Of a DNA stretch of 64,000 nucleotides, positions 20,801-29,156 are shown piece after piece. The DNA lies in NCBI GenBank assembly GCA_020137815.1, contig CM035359.1, positions 4,774,001 to 4,838,000 of the forward strand, given 5' to 3'. Every line of letters starts with the position of its first letter. Within the stretch, counting starts at the first letter, position 1. Position numbers and translations under genes: made by a program. Source of the stretch: Hormiphora californensis (Eukaryota > Animalia > Ctenophora). Below the pieces are notes generated by a model, which saw nothing but the letters and a program-made list of their open reading frames with translations, was not told the DNA's origin and searched no databases.

Positions 20801-21963
20801 ACAAATGGATATTCACCTTGGTGGACAAGTTCACTCGCTTCCTTGGAGCTGTTCCCCTCGTTAATGCCCAAGCACCAAAAATAGCTCGAGCTATAGCTGA
20901 TGAATGGATTTTTAAATATGGAGCACCGGAAACCATGATGTCGGACCAAGGTGGGAATCTCTCCTCCGCAGTCGTAGTAAAAGAGCTCTATAACATCATG
21001 GGGATAAAGAAACTACGCACCACAGCTTATCATCCCGCTGGTAATGGGCAGGTAGAAGCGTATAATAAACATCTTGTGGTGATCTTACGAAAGTTGATTC
21101 AAAAGTCACCAAAAGAATGGCCATCAAAACTACAACCGGCGGTGTTCGCACTCAATTCCTCGATCAATATCAGCACAAAGTTTTCTCCAGCTAGACTTTG
21201 GTTCGGAAGGGATCTCAGAATCCCAGCTGATCTGTGCCTCGGGACTACCTCAACCCAGTTCTACAAATCCAGAGAACATCTGGCTTCCGCCCAATACACT
21301 GATCTGCAAGAGACCTTTGAACTGGCCCAGGCTAACAGCATCTCATCGGGATTCCGAAACAAGCATGTTTTCGACCGCAAAAAGGGCTTCCACGTGGAAT
21401 ATAAGGAAGGGGATAGAATACTGGTCCACAAACCTTTGCCTCCCACTGTGACTGAGTTTAGGAAGTTCAAAAATGGGTACACGGGACCCTGGAAAATCCT
21501 CAAAGTTCTCTCGGAATGGACATACCTGGTCCAGCATGAAAGGTACCCGGGTAAGGAACTGGTGGTTCATTTCAACACTATGAAATTAATTCGAGACGAC
21601 CTAAGATTTACTAAAGATGGGCCGCTGATCGAAGATGATGACTCTGACTCTGAGGAGGAAATGATTTCCCACTGCTCCTCCGAACCAGTTCCTGGTGACC
21701 CCGCTCCAGATACTAGGAAGGGACGTGAACCCGATTATCAATTACTAGATACAACGGAAGGGCGTGTGCCCAACTCCGTTCCTGATATCTCTGCCGGGCG
21801 TGTGCCTGAAAACCTAGGCCAAGCAGCTATGGAAGGGTGTGTGCCTAGTGACCTGGTCGTGGAGGAAAACATCGTACCCACGAGTTCTGAGGTACTCAGC
21901 GATGACGGCAAGGGAGCTACTGTGAAACGAGACTACAATCTGAGGAAACGTCCTACCGGTTAG
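17773..21963 (+). CDS. pol: Pol polyprotein (protease, RT, RNase H, integrase), expressed as a Gag-Pol fusion
   Basis: LVDTGA protease; RT motifs LDFR, LDLKEGF and FIDD; RNase H YTDAS; integrase HH...C..C, IDLVG, SDQG, NGQVE and GPW. Confidence 0.96.
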   Translation, partial: KKLVRPSQPGREDSAAFESPATEVLRLLKPIIQGKERSPVINCVPETSDIKACGGCSFVTARVKGKDGEFLALVDTGACATLVSSRVIQHLNFETRTEPLVLDLIGVGGQRLGAKGLIRDLNLTLDELTLPTKMVVADIAEDMILGQDFLERHGFLVDFKERHLKNAAVCIDMVTGPDRPNIYTVQVSEDQHVTAEGYLSCTVLDENGIPPLDAVYSLKFAEVLEVLHSDTDPLGLWPVEGGTIHLPVTIEDPEVTLTFPSGLVVGSISPLPLALNQMTLEPPNTFTGDFDPERIARIWKDLDLMNHDELSKDQKKLMEDLVSQFADVFALDRTEIGCTDLVEHEIHLNTSSPIRTPYRRVPLHLRSECIAELEHLLQCGILEHSESDYNSPTMIVKKGDRVRLILDFRAINKITTRSYCTLPAMNTMTAGCSGCSWFSSLDLKEGFLQVPLKVEHRKFTAFAVPGVGHFQFTRMALGLCGAPGTFQCLLDRIFAGVPPSVASTFIDDILSPAKTVGEMIENLKVIFGRLKISKLRLSPKKCKLFKRKIKYCGVLLSKEGIEADSEKIRAVTEMPLPNSFKEARCILGSYSWFRQHIPDFALHARGLIDCLKGEKFILTSEARESISQLNKALTRPPVLTFADPDKEMIVYTDASLIGIGGCIGHNLEGNFHPVSYSSRILTEREQRWPSFKRELFSLYYHITQRWRYFLVGAKFQAYVDMKAITLDGFMKHATQAIILRWLMELSCFDFKLEFKAGKLMEVPDCLSRLPVSSDELFEWWTGPTGDLERPVPWNPTDDPPDDTDREVACMTADVALERSDPGVRLFPDSSPVGSFENPIPGYFSTELLNAQQRDDNIKLVITWLVEDIKPPVSTELTPDLYWYWCYYNHLTVNGKGLLCYKYHRRNSQKFAELVILPPELIECSIKAHHDLDSSGHLGPKKTVERMKEKYYFRGLSDKVKYYCDTCETCFINNRPYLKKPAAPLRLWVNNRPNQCVAIDLVGPIRGPCHYKWIFTLVDKFTRFLGAVPLVNAQAPKIARAIADEWIFKYGAPETMMSDQGGNLSSAVVVKELYNIMGIKKLRTTAYHPAGNGQVEAYNKHLVVILRKLIQKSPKEWPSKLQPAVFALNSSINISTKFSPARLWFGRDLRIPADLCLGTTSTQFYKSREHLASAQYTDLQETFELAQANSISSGFRNKHVFDRKKGFHVEYKEGDRILVHKPLPPTVTEFRKFKNGYTGPWKILKVLSEWTYLVQHERYPGKELVVHFNTMKLIRDDLRFTKDGPLIEDDDSDSEEEMISHCSSEPVPGDPAPDTRKGREPDYQLLDTTEGRVPNSVPDISAGRVPENLGQAAMEGCVPSDLVVEENIVPTSSEVLSDDGKGATVKRDYNLRKRPTG

Positions 21964-23088
21964 AGTATCCTATCTACCAAATACGTGAGTTGTAATCGCC
22001 TAGTACTAATATGAACTGTGAATGACAGCTGAATACTCTCCTTTTTACACTAGAGCGATTAGTAATGAACAGTTATAATGGGATTAGTAAAGAACAGTTA
22101 TCATATGAAGTATGCATATGAAAGCGACAGTATATTCTAACTATGTCAAGATATATAATATTTAATGTGCTAAGTACACATATCCGTGTAGCGAATATTC
22201 TAACCCCGTGCATGATGTTATCTTAAACGTGCTGTTTCCCTGCCTGGAGTTGCCCTACTCTGCCCTGCCTATCTCCCCTCATCTCTCCCCTCATCTCACC
22301 CCTCATCACATCTGTAGGTATATTAAGATCGCAACTGTAGTGTTTGATATGTAAAGCTATAATTATTTCATTATTCGGATCATACTTTAGTCCGGCATAC
22401 TACCACCCCCAATCAGCGCTGAATTTCGTAGTATCTGGACAGTATGATTTCGATGCCTGCAGGCCCTATAATATATATACTGTAGCTTTAGAAGTGTGGA
22501 AGAACAAGACATGAAATGTGAAATGAGACAGAGAAATGTGAATTGTGAACCGATATGAATTGAAATGAGTGAAAGAGAAGTGAAATGGATCGAAGTCTCG
22601 CAATACGTGTGAGATTATGAGAGAGTATTGATTGTGAAAGAGGATTTGAATTGTTTAGTGCATTGAAAGTGTAAGTTACCACAGAGAGTGTGTGCACTTT
22701 GTTAATAAGTTGCGATATACCTACAGATCACATACATATTTTATCAAGCGTGAGGGAATTATCACAGTTCAGGGGTTTCATATTACTTTAGTAACGTCAT
22801 AATGTCATATACGTGCCCGAGCCAATCTTTTCATGTTTAACAATGTCATGATTCTAGGGGTCTACGCTGATACGAGCTTTTCAATAGACGCATTAATAGA
22901 TATGTAAGCACTAGAGATATTACCTTATTGATGAGCATACAGTATACAGCTCGCACTGCCCGCTTCACTTTACACTTCCAGACCAAAAACCCTGTCACGA
23001 CCCTCTCGCCTACAGCCCAAGACTAGATACTCCTTCCTCCCGTCTTCTCGCCCGACGCTAATTAAACTCTTGCATCATTTAGTCAGAT

Positions 23089-25203
23089 ATGGCTTCGCAT
23101 CTCGCTATGGTTATCATGCTCCTACTCATGTCGGAGTGCACAGGGATTGACAAAGATCCGGACTACTCCAATTACCTAGGACAATACCAGACAGACATGG
23201 GGATAGTCACTAAAGAAGAAATTGGTCTAGCTTTTGTTCCTGGGAAACTTCTGGGCACCAGCTCAGTTCCCATTCTCCAGAGCGTGTTCGTCTCACTGAA
23301 ACTCCCTACTCTTCCGGCCAGACCTTGCAAAACTAACTGTAACCCAAATGTGGAGGAGATAGAAAATTGGATACCTCCATTCAATACAGGCGAATGGATA
23401 ACTGGAATACTGCCTAGCCAGGAGGATATTCTTCGCACCTCGCACAAAGATCAGGTATCACAATGTCTAGCAGACTGCTTGACGGTGAACAAATGTGTAC
23501 AGTTCTCCTACAGACTCAAAGGTGGAACTTGTCATCTTCAGGACCGTGTAACCTACTACAACGCGAACTCCACCTCGGACTTCTACACGGCCAGAATGGA
23601 AAGCCTGCTTACATCGGTGAACAAGACAAGGGACCTAGCCTGCGGTCGACAAGAAAATCCCTTGTACCGATTACTAAGTTCCAGTGTGGACCTTACCCGA
23701 AGACGTTATAGGGACCTGTTCGTTTCGAAATTTCAGGACATTAAGAAAGCATATGACACGGGTCATGCCAACCTCAACAAGAGATCTACTTTCGGGCGTG
23801 CGCCTGAGAAGAGATCTCTTGACGGGATCTTGGCAAACCTGCCCATAGTAGGATATCTCTACCGTATCCTCCGAGCCCCAGAAGATGCCAGTAAACTGAA
23901 AAACCACGTTCAAAACCTAGAAACCTCCTTCCAGAACTTCGTAGAAGACACCATCTCCAGCTTCAAATCCATCAAGACGTATGAAAACAACGTCCTCAAG
24001 GTGTTTGACGCAGAAGTTAGAGAGATCTACAAACATCTAGCCGGCGTCCAATGTGACCTAATGACTGTGGCTACTATCTTTGCTCGTTCTGAAGCAGAGA
24101 AGGTATTTGAACAGAAACTTGCGACCCTTTTTACCGGACCAAGCCAGGGGCGTCTCAACGCTAGGGTAAGCAGCACCCTTACACTCCAAGACCTAACCAA
24201 AATTGTTCAACAAAACTCCGAGTTTCGAGGCACAATCTACCGAGAGAACCCGGAAATCCTATTTAGGGTTGGAGAAATCCTGTTCCTCAACGTCAAGGAG
24301 ACACCCTCAGACATGGTCTTCCACTTTGTACTATTTGCCCCATCCATTGCCAAACGCAGCCTCTACCAAACATACACGCCTGTACAGGTACCTATCTTTG
24401 TTAATGGGTCCTGTTTCAACATGAGGGTACCGGAGATGTTGGTCATGGACAAAGAACAGCTGCACGAGGTCCAGACAAAGCAATGTACGGAGTATGACGA
24501 CATCATAATATGCAGCGAAAACTTTGAAGATAGATTCTCTGCACTGAAAAGGCCGTACGGTTGTGCAGATCAAAACAGCCTTCACACGTGCAAATCGGAC
24601 CCAGTCTCCTGCGAGAGCGCCCTCCAGTACACTAAGGCAGGTGCTCTAGTTTTCTCCAGAAACGAAATATTGGGGATGAAATTGCAACAAATGAGCACCA
24701 TGGAGACAATCAGCACGCCTGATAAGAAAACTTACTTCTTTAAATGGGCTGACTTCAAACTAATCCAAGCTGATAAACAAATCATGTATGGAACTGCTGA
24801 GAACCATAAACAATCGAACATCACTTGGAACACCCCAGAGACAACGAAGGCCCTGGACCAATGGATGAGGACAACGAAAATTGAATACGACCGACAAAAC
24901 ATTTCCAAGCTCCACGAGGAATTGCAGCAGTCCAAAACGCTCCTTGCGGACAATTACGGACCGGGCTATATTGGAAGCATTTCCAAGAATAGTCTTTTGG
25001 AGATCTTGACCTGGTTGGCGATTTCGGTGGCGTGTGCCACCGGACTCATCGGTCTGACATTCGCAGTACGGAACTTCAAAGGCACCGGTCCCGGACCCGA
25101 AACCAGACGCAAGGAGGAATCGCTGCCTCTAACAACCGCGGTGGAACCCAGCGCCACAAGAAAAAGCATCGTCTCTCTAACTGCAAGCAGCGACAGTAAC
25201 TAG
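23089..25203 (+). CDS. env: Env-like class I fusion glycoprotein (F-type) with PAN/apple-like insert, 704 aa
   Basis: Signal peptide; CxxxCxxxxxCxxFxY...CxL; KR|ST and KR|SL sites; hydrophobic SLDGILANLPIVGYLYRIL followed by a heptad helix; Cys-rich block; pre-TM helix ISKLHEELQQSKTLL; TM at 24994-25068; several N-glycosylation sequons. Confidence 0.85.
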   Translation: MASHLAMVIMLLLMSECTGIDKDPDYSNYLGQYQTDMGIVTKEEIGLAFVPGKLLGTSSVPILQSVFVSLKLPTLPARPCKTNCNPNVEEIENWIPPFNTGEWITGILPSQEDILRTSHKDQVSQCLADCLTVNKCVQFSYRLKGGTCHLQDRVTYYNANSTSDFYTARMESLLTSVNKTRDLACGRQENPLYRLLSSSVDLTRRRYRDLFVSKFQDIKKAYDTGHANLNKRSTFGRAPEKRSLDGILANLPIVGYLYRILRAPEDASKLKNHVQNLETSFQNFVEDTISSFKSIKTYENNVLKVFDAEVREIYKHLAGVQCDLMTVATIFARSEAEKVFEQKLATLFTGPSQGRLNARVSSTLTLQDLTKIVQQNSEFRGTIYRENPEILFRVGEILFLNVKETPSDMVFHFVLFAPSIAKRSLYQTYTPVQVPIFVNGSCFNMRVPEMLVMDKEQLHEVQTKQCTEYDDIIICSENFEDRFSALKRPYGCADQNSLHTCKSDPVSCESALQYTKAGALVFSRNEILGMKLQQMSTMETISTPDKKTYFFKWADFKLIQADKQIMYGTAENHKQSNITWNTPETTKALDQWMRTTKIEYDRQNISKLHEELQQSKTLLADNYGPGYIGSISKNSLLEILTWLAISVACATGLIGLTFAVRNFKGTGPGPETRRKEESLPLTTAVEPSATRKSIVSLTASSDSN

Positions 25204-25346
25204 AGTATCACATTAACTGGGCCTTCCGAATGTTCGAGGGGAGAGCCTAAATAAAGTAGATTCAAATATCAATTAACCATCTGTTTGAGCCCATTTCCAG
25301 TTGCCCTAGTTTCTAGTTACCCTCTGCACTCATCGTCCCACTTGAT

Positions 25347-25919
25347 ATGAAGTCTTCAGCCTCTACCTCAGCTGTGACTGGCGTGTGCCAGACACAGCTG
25401 AAATCTGTGATCGTAGTGCCAAAACCGTCCATCACGGTCAGAAGAATCCCGATGGTGAAAATAAACGGCGAAAACTCCCCTGCGTGCACAGAGTGCTTCA
25501 TAAAGGAGAGGTACAAACAGCCCAGCTACAATGACCGAGGACCTCTCACATCATTAGAAACAGTGGATCTCTTAAATAAGGTGGCAATGGTGGCGTCTGA
25601 GTGGAGGGAGAACCACTGCAAGGACAAGCTCAACCGAGCAGTAGCACAACTAGATACAAAAAAGACCCTAGAGGAAATGAGAAAAAGAGAGAAAAGGGCT
25701 AGAGAAGACGGGGAGACACCAGGAACGAAAAGTTGGAGAAACAAAGTCAACAAAGGGATTATTAGGGCGGTAGTTGAAATCAAGGAAGCAAGCAGGAGGC
25801 CTGAAACCTCGGAAATCTGTACAACCATCAAGGTGGGACTGGGAGTACTACACTCACTTCATTTCCTCCAGTGGGGAGAGCCGCTGCCGGACTTTGTAAA
25901 ACATTTCTGTGAGAACTGA
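25347..25919 (+). CDS. ORF4 of the LTR element, unknown basic 190-aa protein
   Basis: Non-repetitive sense-strand ORF between env and the PPT; CTEC, HC and RKREKRAR motifs; the frame opens immediately after acceptor-like TTTCTAG at 25316. Confidence 0.7.
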   Translation: MKSSASTSAVTGVCQTQLKSVIVVPKPSITVRRIPMVKINGENSPACTECFIKERYKQPSYNDRGPLTSLETVDLLNKVAMVASEWRENHCKDKLNRAVAQLDTKKTLEEMRKREKRAREDGETPGTKSWRNKVNKGIIRAVVEIKEASRRPETSEICTTIKVGLGVLHSLHFLQWGEPLPDFVKHFCEN

Positions 25920-26144
25920 AAATAATGCATCTTATTTATTTTAACCACCCGTTTGGGTGCATCACCGCTATATTTTAATTTTCCAGAGAGACTATACTTA
26001 AGACTCTAAAGACATAATTATATTACCAGTGTTGATGAATTTTGAAGGACCACTGTAAGCTGAAATTGGTGAAAAATTTGATTTGTTTAGCGTATATCAG
26101 ACTCTTCACTTGAACCGGGAGTGGGGGATCTAGGGCTGCCGTAC

Positions 26145-26157
26145 AGCGGGGGGTGGA
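26145..26157 (+). promoter_or_regulatory. Polypurine tract
   Basis: AGCGGGGGGTGGA abuts the 3' LTR. Confidence 0.8.
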
Positions 26158-26629
26158 TGTACGGTCAGCACCCTATCTCAGATCCCTAGCCCCCGATTCC
26201 AAGCATTATGCATTCATTCATATATATTCAACCTGTGGTGCCACTGTTCGTGCCCCCTGGGACCGCCACCCTGTCTGCCTACCCTTAGTTACAGAGGGGC
26301 GGTAACTGGATGGAGGTCCCAGGGCGGGCTAAGTGCATTTACAGCCACAGGTGGTATTGTGCTCTAGTTCCCCTCTATTTCACGCCTCATCATTCATTGC
26401 ACCACGTAGTGCAGACTCCTTGACAACCCAGGCAGGGCACGTGACCATTGAGATGACCAATGAGAACGCAGGATTGTGTTTTGTATGAGAGAGAACCGGG
26501 CTCGCAGGAGTCGAGAGCGATCCAAGTTAGTAGGCAGTCTATTCGAACCACCTAAAACTTCGTTGTTAACAGTAACTCCTGAAAACCCCCTTCACCACCC
26601 CTTCTAATATCACCGAAGGTCACCCTACA
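26158..26629 (+). repeat. 3' LTR (472 bp)
   Basis: Matches the 5' LTR at an offset of 10150 nt. Confidence 0.97.
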
Positions 26630-26944
26630 TATATGTGTGATAAGCAGTTTTGGTTCCGGCTAAAATACGAAAGAACAGCTAAGCTTAGGTACAAGAAGAA
26701 TGAATGAATGGCCTTGTGAATGTAATATATATGAGCAGTTTTGGTTCTGGCTAAAATACGAAAGAACAGCTTACAGCTTCGAAAAAGTACCGGTACTGTG
26801 CGTTGAGGAATGTATATTGTATACACGTCTTTTGATACAAACTTACCCGAGTAATTTGGAAAAGTACCCGAGTTCTTACATACCAGAGATCTTTTTGTAA
26901 GTTGGTCCATGAGCTTACAAGAAGAATTAGGGAATGGCTTGGTA

Positions 26945-28230
26945 ACATCTGGCGCGACCCCCGCACACAGGTGTCGGGTCCGCCCCCTGAAAAAAGGGTC
27001 GTGCCTTTCAAGGCTTTTTGCACGCGATCCACTGGACCGATTTACATCCCGCTTGTCGCAAAAGACTGCAAATTGATCCTAGTTTACTGGAAAATACCCG
27101 AGAAGTTTGTCTGTCAACAGGAATTGGGTCAAAATTGACACTGAAGTCAAATCTATAATCTAGCTTCCGAGCCTTTTTGCACCACTCCCAGACGGTTTAG
27201 AATGAATCTGATGGTATCAGAAGATAGGTCGAGACCTTGTACTGGAAAATACCCGGCATCAAATCCTGATGCTAATTGCATCAACATATCTCCCAATATC
27301 TAGGGTTGCGACTGGCTATTTGAAACAGTTTTTCACTTTTTTCTCTTGTCTGCCCACAAATCAAGTCGAACCCAAATTTTTTTGACCTTGTGTTACAGAG
27401 ACAGTCCCTGGGTAGTTTTTTGGGTGGTTGGAGATGTCTCATTTTGTCTTCCGGGGTCAGGGTCACGTGATATCTATCCAAATTTGGTGGTTCAATTTAC
27501 CCGCCTCGGTCTGCTAATTTGAAACACCCGTATCTCCCTCAATTTCTCCACGAAACCAAAATTTTTGACATGAATAGTTAGAAAAGGGTTGTGCAGAGCC
27601 ATTCCATGTCTGAAATCTGAATTTTGTTGAACGTGCTTGGTGCAATAACCTTTTCCAAAAACTGTTTCAAATTAGCAGGAAAACAGTTTTTGCCTCATAT
27701 TCGGCCAACTTTTGGCGGAAATGACTCAAATCATAGTTTATATCCTGCCTCATGCTCATATTGAACAACAAAAATTTCGAAAATCCAATCGGAGAAAAGT
27801 GTTTCAAATAGCCCTCCTCAGTGTTTCAAGTTACCAGACTCTCTTCACTGTGCTACAGCACACACACGACACCAATCAGAGAGCAAATAACGCGCATTTG
27901 TTTCAAATAACCAGAGCACGTGTTTCAAGTTATCAGACACTGTTTCAAGTTAGCAGGCGTTTCAAATTGCCAGTCGCTACCCTACTAAACCGCATGGGCG
28001 TAGTGCAGAAATTCTCGGAAGCCATTATAGGTTTGACTTCAGTGTCAATGATCCAATTCCTGTTGACAGACAAACTTCTCGGGTATTTTCCAGTATATTA
28101 TGATCAATTTGTAGTCTTTTGCGACAAGCCGGATGCAAATCGGTCCAGTGAATCGCGTGCAACATCCCTTGAAAGAAACGACCCTTTTTAGGGCGGAGCC
28201 GTCACCTGTGTGCGGGGTCGCACACGGTGT
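26945..28230. mobile_element. Non-autonomous element with long (about 230 bp) imperfect TIRs
   Basis: GCGACCCCCGCACACAGGTG...TACTGGAAAATACCCGAGAAGTTTGTCTGTCAACAGGAATTGG is mirrored at 28020-28230. Confidence 0.75.
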
Positions 28231-28417
28231 CTATTTCACCAAGGGAATGGCCTTGTGAATATTATATATGTGTGATAAGCACGACACTTGGGTCACAGGA
28301 CAGGTTTGGTTCCTGGTTCCAGCTAAAGTTCGAAAGAACAGCTAAGCTTACAAGAAGAATTAGTGAATGGCCTTGTGAATATGTGTGATAAGCAGTTTTG
28401 GTTCCGGCTAAAATATA

Positions 28418-29156
28418 AGGGTGTCCCATAAATATTGTCCCTCGGTGATTTTTTTTTCTTCAAGAAACTGATGATTTGAAAGAAAAACGGTCCTACGGTA
28501 TTCCTAGCATCCTTGGCTCTTTTCCCATAGGTTGGGGATGTGTCAAGGTAGTATAGTTCAGGAAGTATTGGAAATCTTTACACACGATGTCTTACTACGA
28601 TCTTTAAAATTTCGATCATGAAATTTTTCTTTCTCCTTAAATCGAATCATGTGCTAAAATGAGGATATGGCCAGCCCAGTTCACCTGCTGGGGAATCAGG
28701 GGGCATCCTCTGGGAGCTCCAGTGACCTTTAACTTTTGGATAGACCCATTTATAATTGATTATTTTTAGGGCTATCGCTCCTTAAACAGATTTCACTCAA
28801 ACGGCCGCTTGAGACATTTTTGACAGAAAACAATGACCGTGAGAAGTTGTCATAGGGATGTCTGAGCATCATTCCGATGCCTGTGACTCACCACACTACC
28901 TCGCAAGGGATCAGAGATGACCTTCCTGAGGCTAAATGGTACCGAGATGATTTAGGCCAGGTACAAAGATCGTTTCAAGACTGGCTTACTAAATTCATCT
29001 CTAGACACCCTTCTGTATGGGCACGTAGAAACCCTGACCTATAGGAATGGAGCCAAGGATGTCAGAATTAATATCGTAGGACCGTTCGCGTTTCTTTTCT
29101 TTCAAATGATCAGTTTCTCGAAAAACCACCGAGGGACAATATTTATGGACATCAGG
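28418..29156. mobile_element. Non-autonomous Tc1/mariner-like element with about 115-bp TIRs and TA flanks
   Basis: TA|AGGGTGTCCCATAAATATTGTCCCTCGG ... CCGAGGGACAATATTTATGGACATCAGG|TA. Confidence 0.7.

Larger units (their letters stand above)
16008..26629 (+). mobile_element. Full-length env-bearing Ty3/gypsy (Metaviridae, errantivirus-like) LTR retrotransposon, 10.6 kb, four ORFs
   Basis: Two TG...CA LTRs identical by eye; 4-bp TSD TATA (16004-16007 and 26630-26633); PBS and PPT; gag, pol in PR-RT-RH-IN order, env-like ORF3 and ORF4 all uninterrupted. Confidence 0.97.

Noticed and set aside
17309-21570. Short antisense and overlapping ORFs inside gag-pol
   Set aside because: No motifs; expected shadows of long coding frames.
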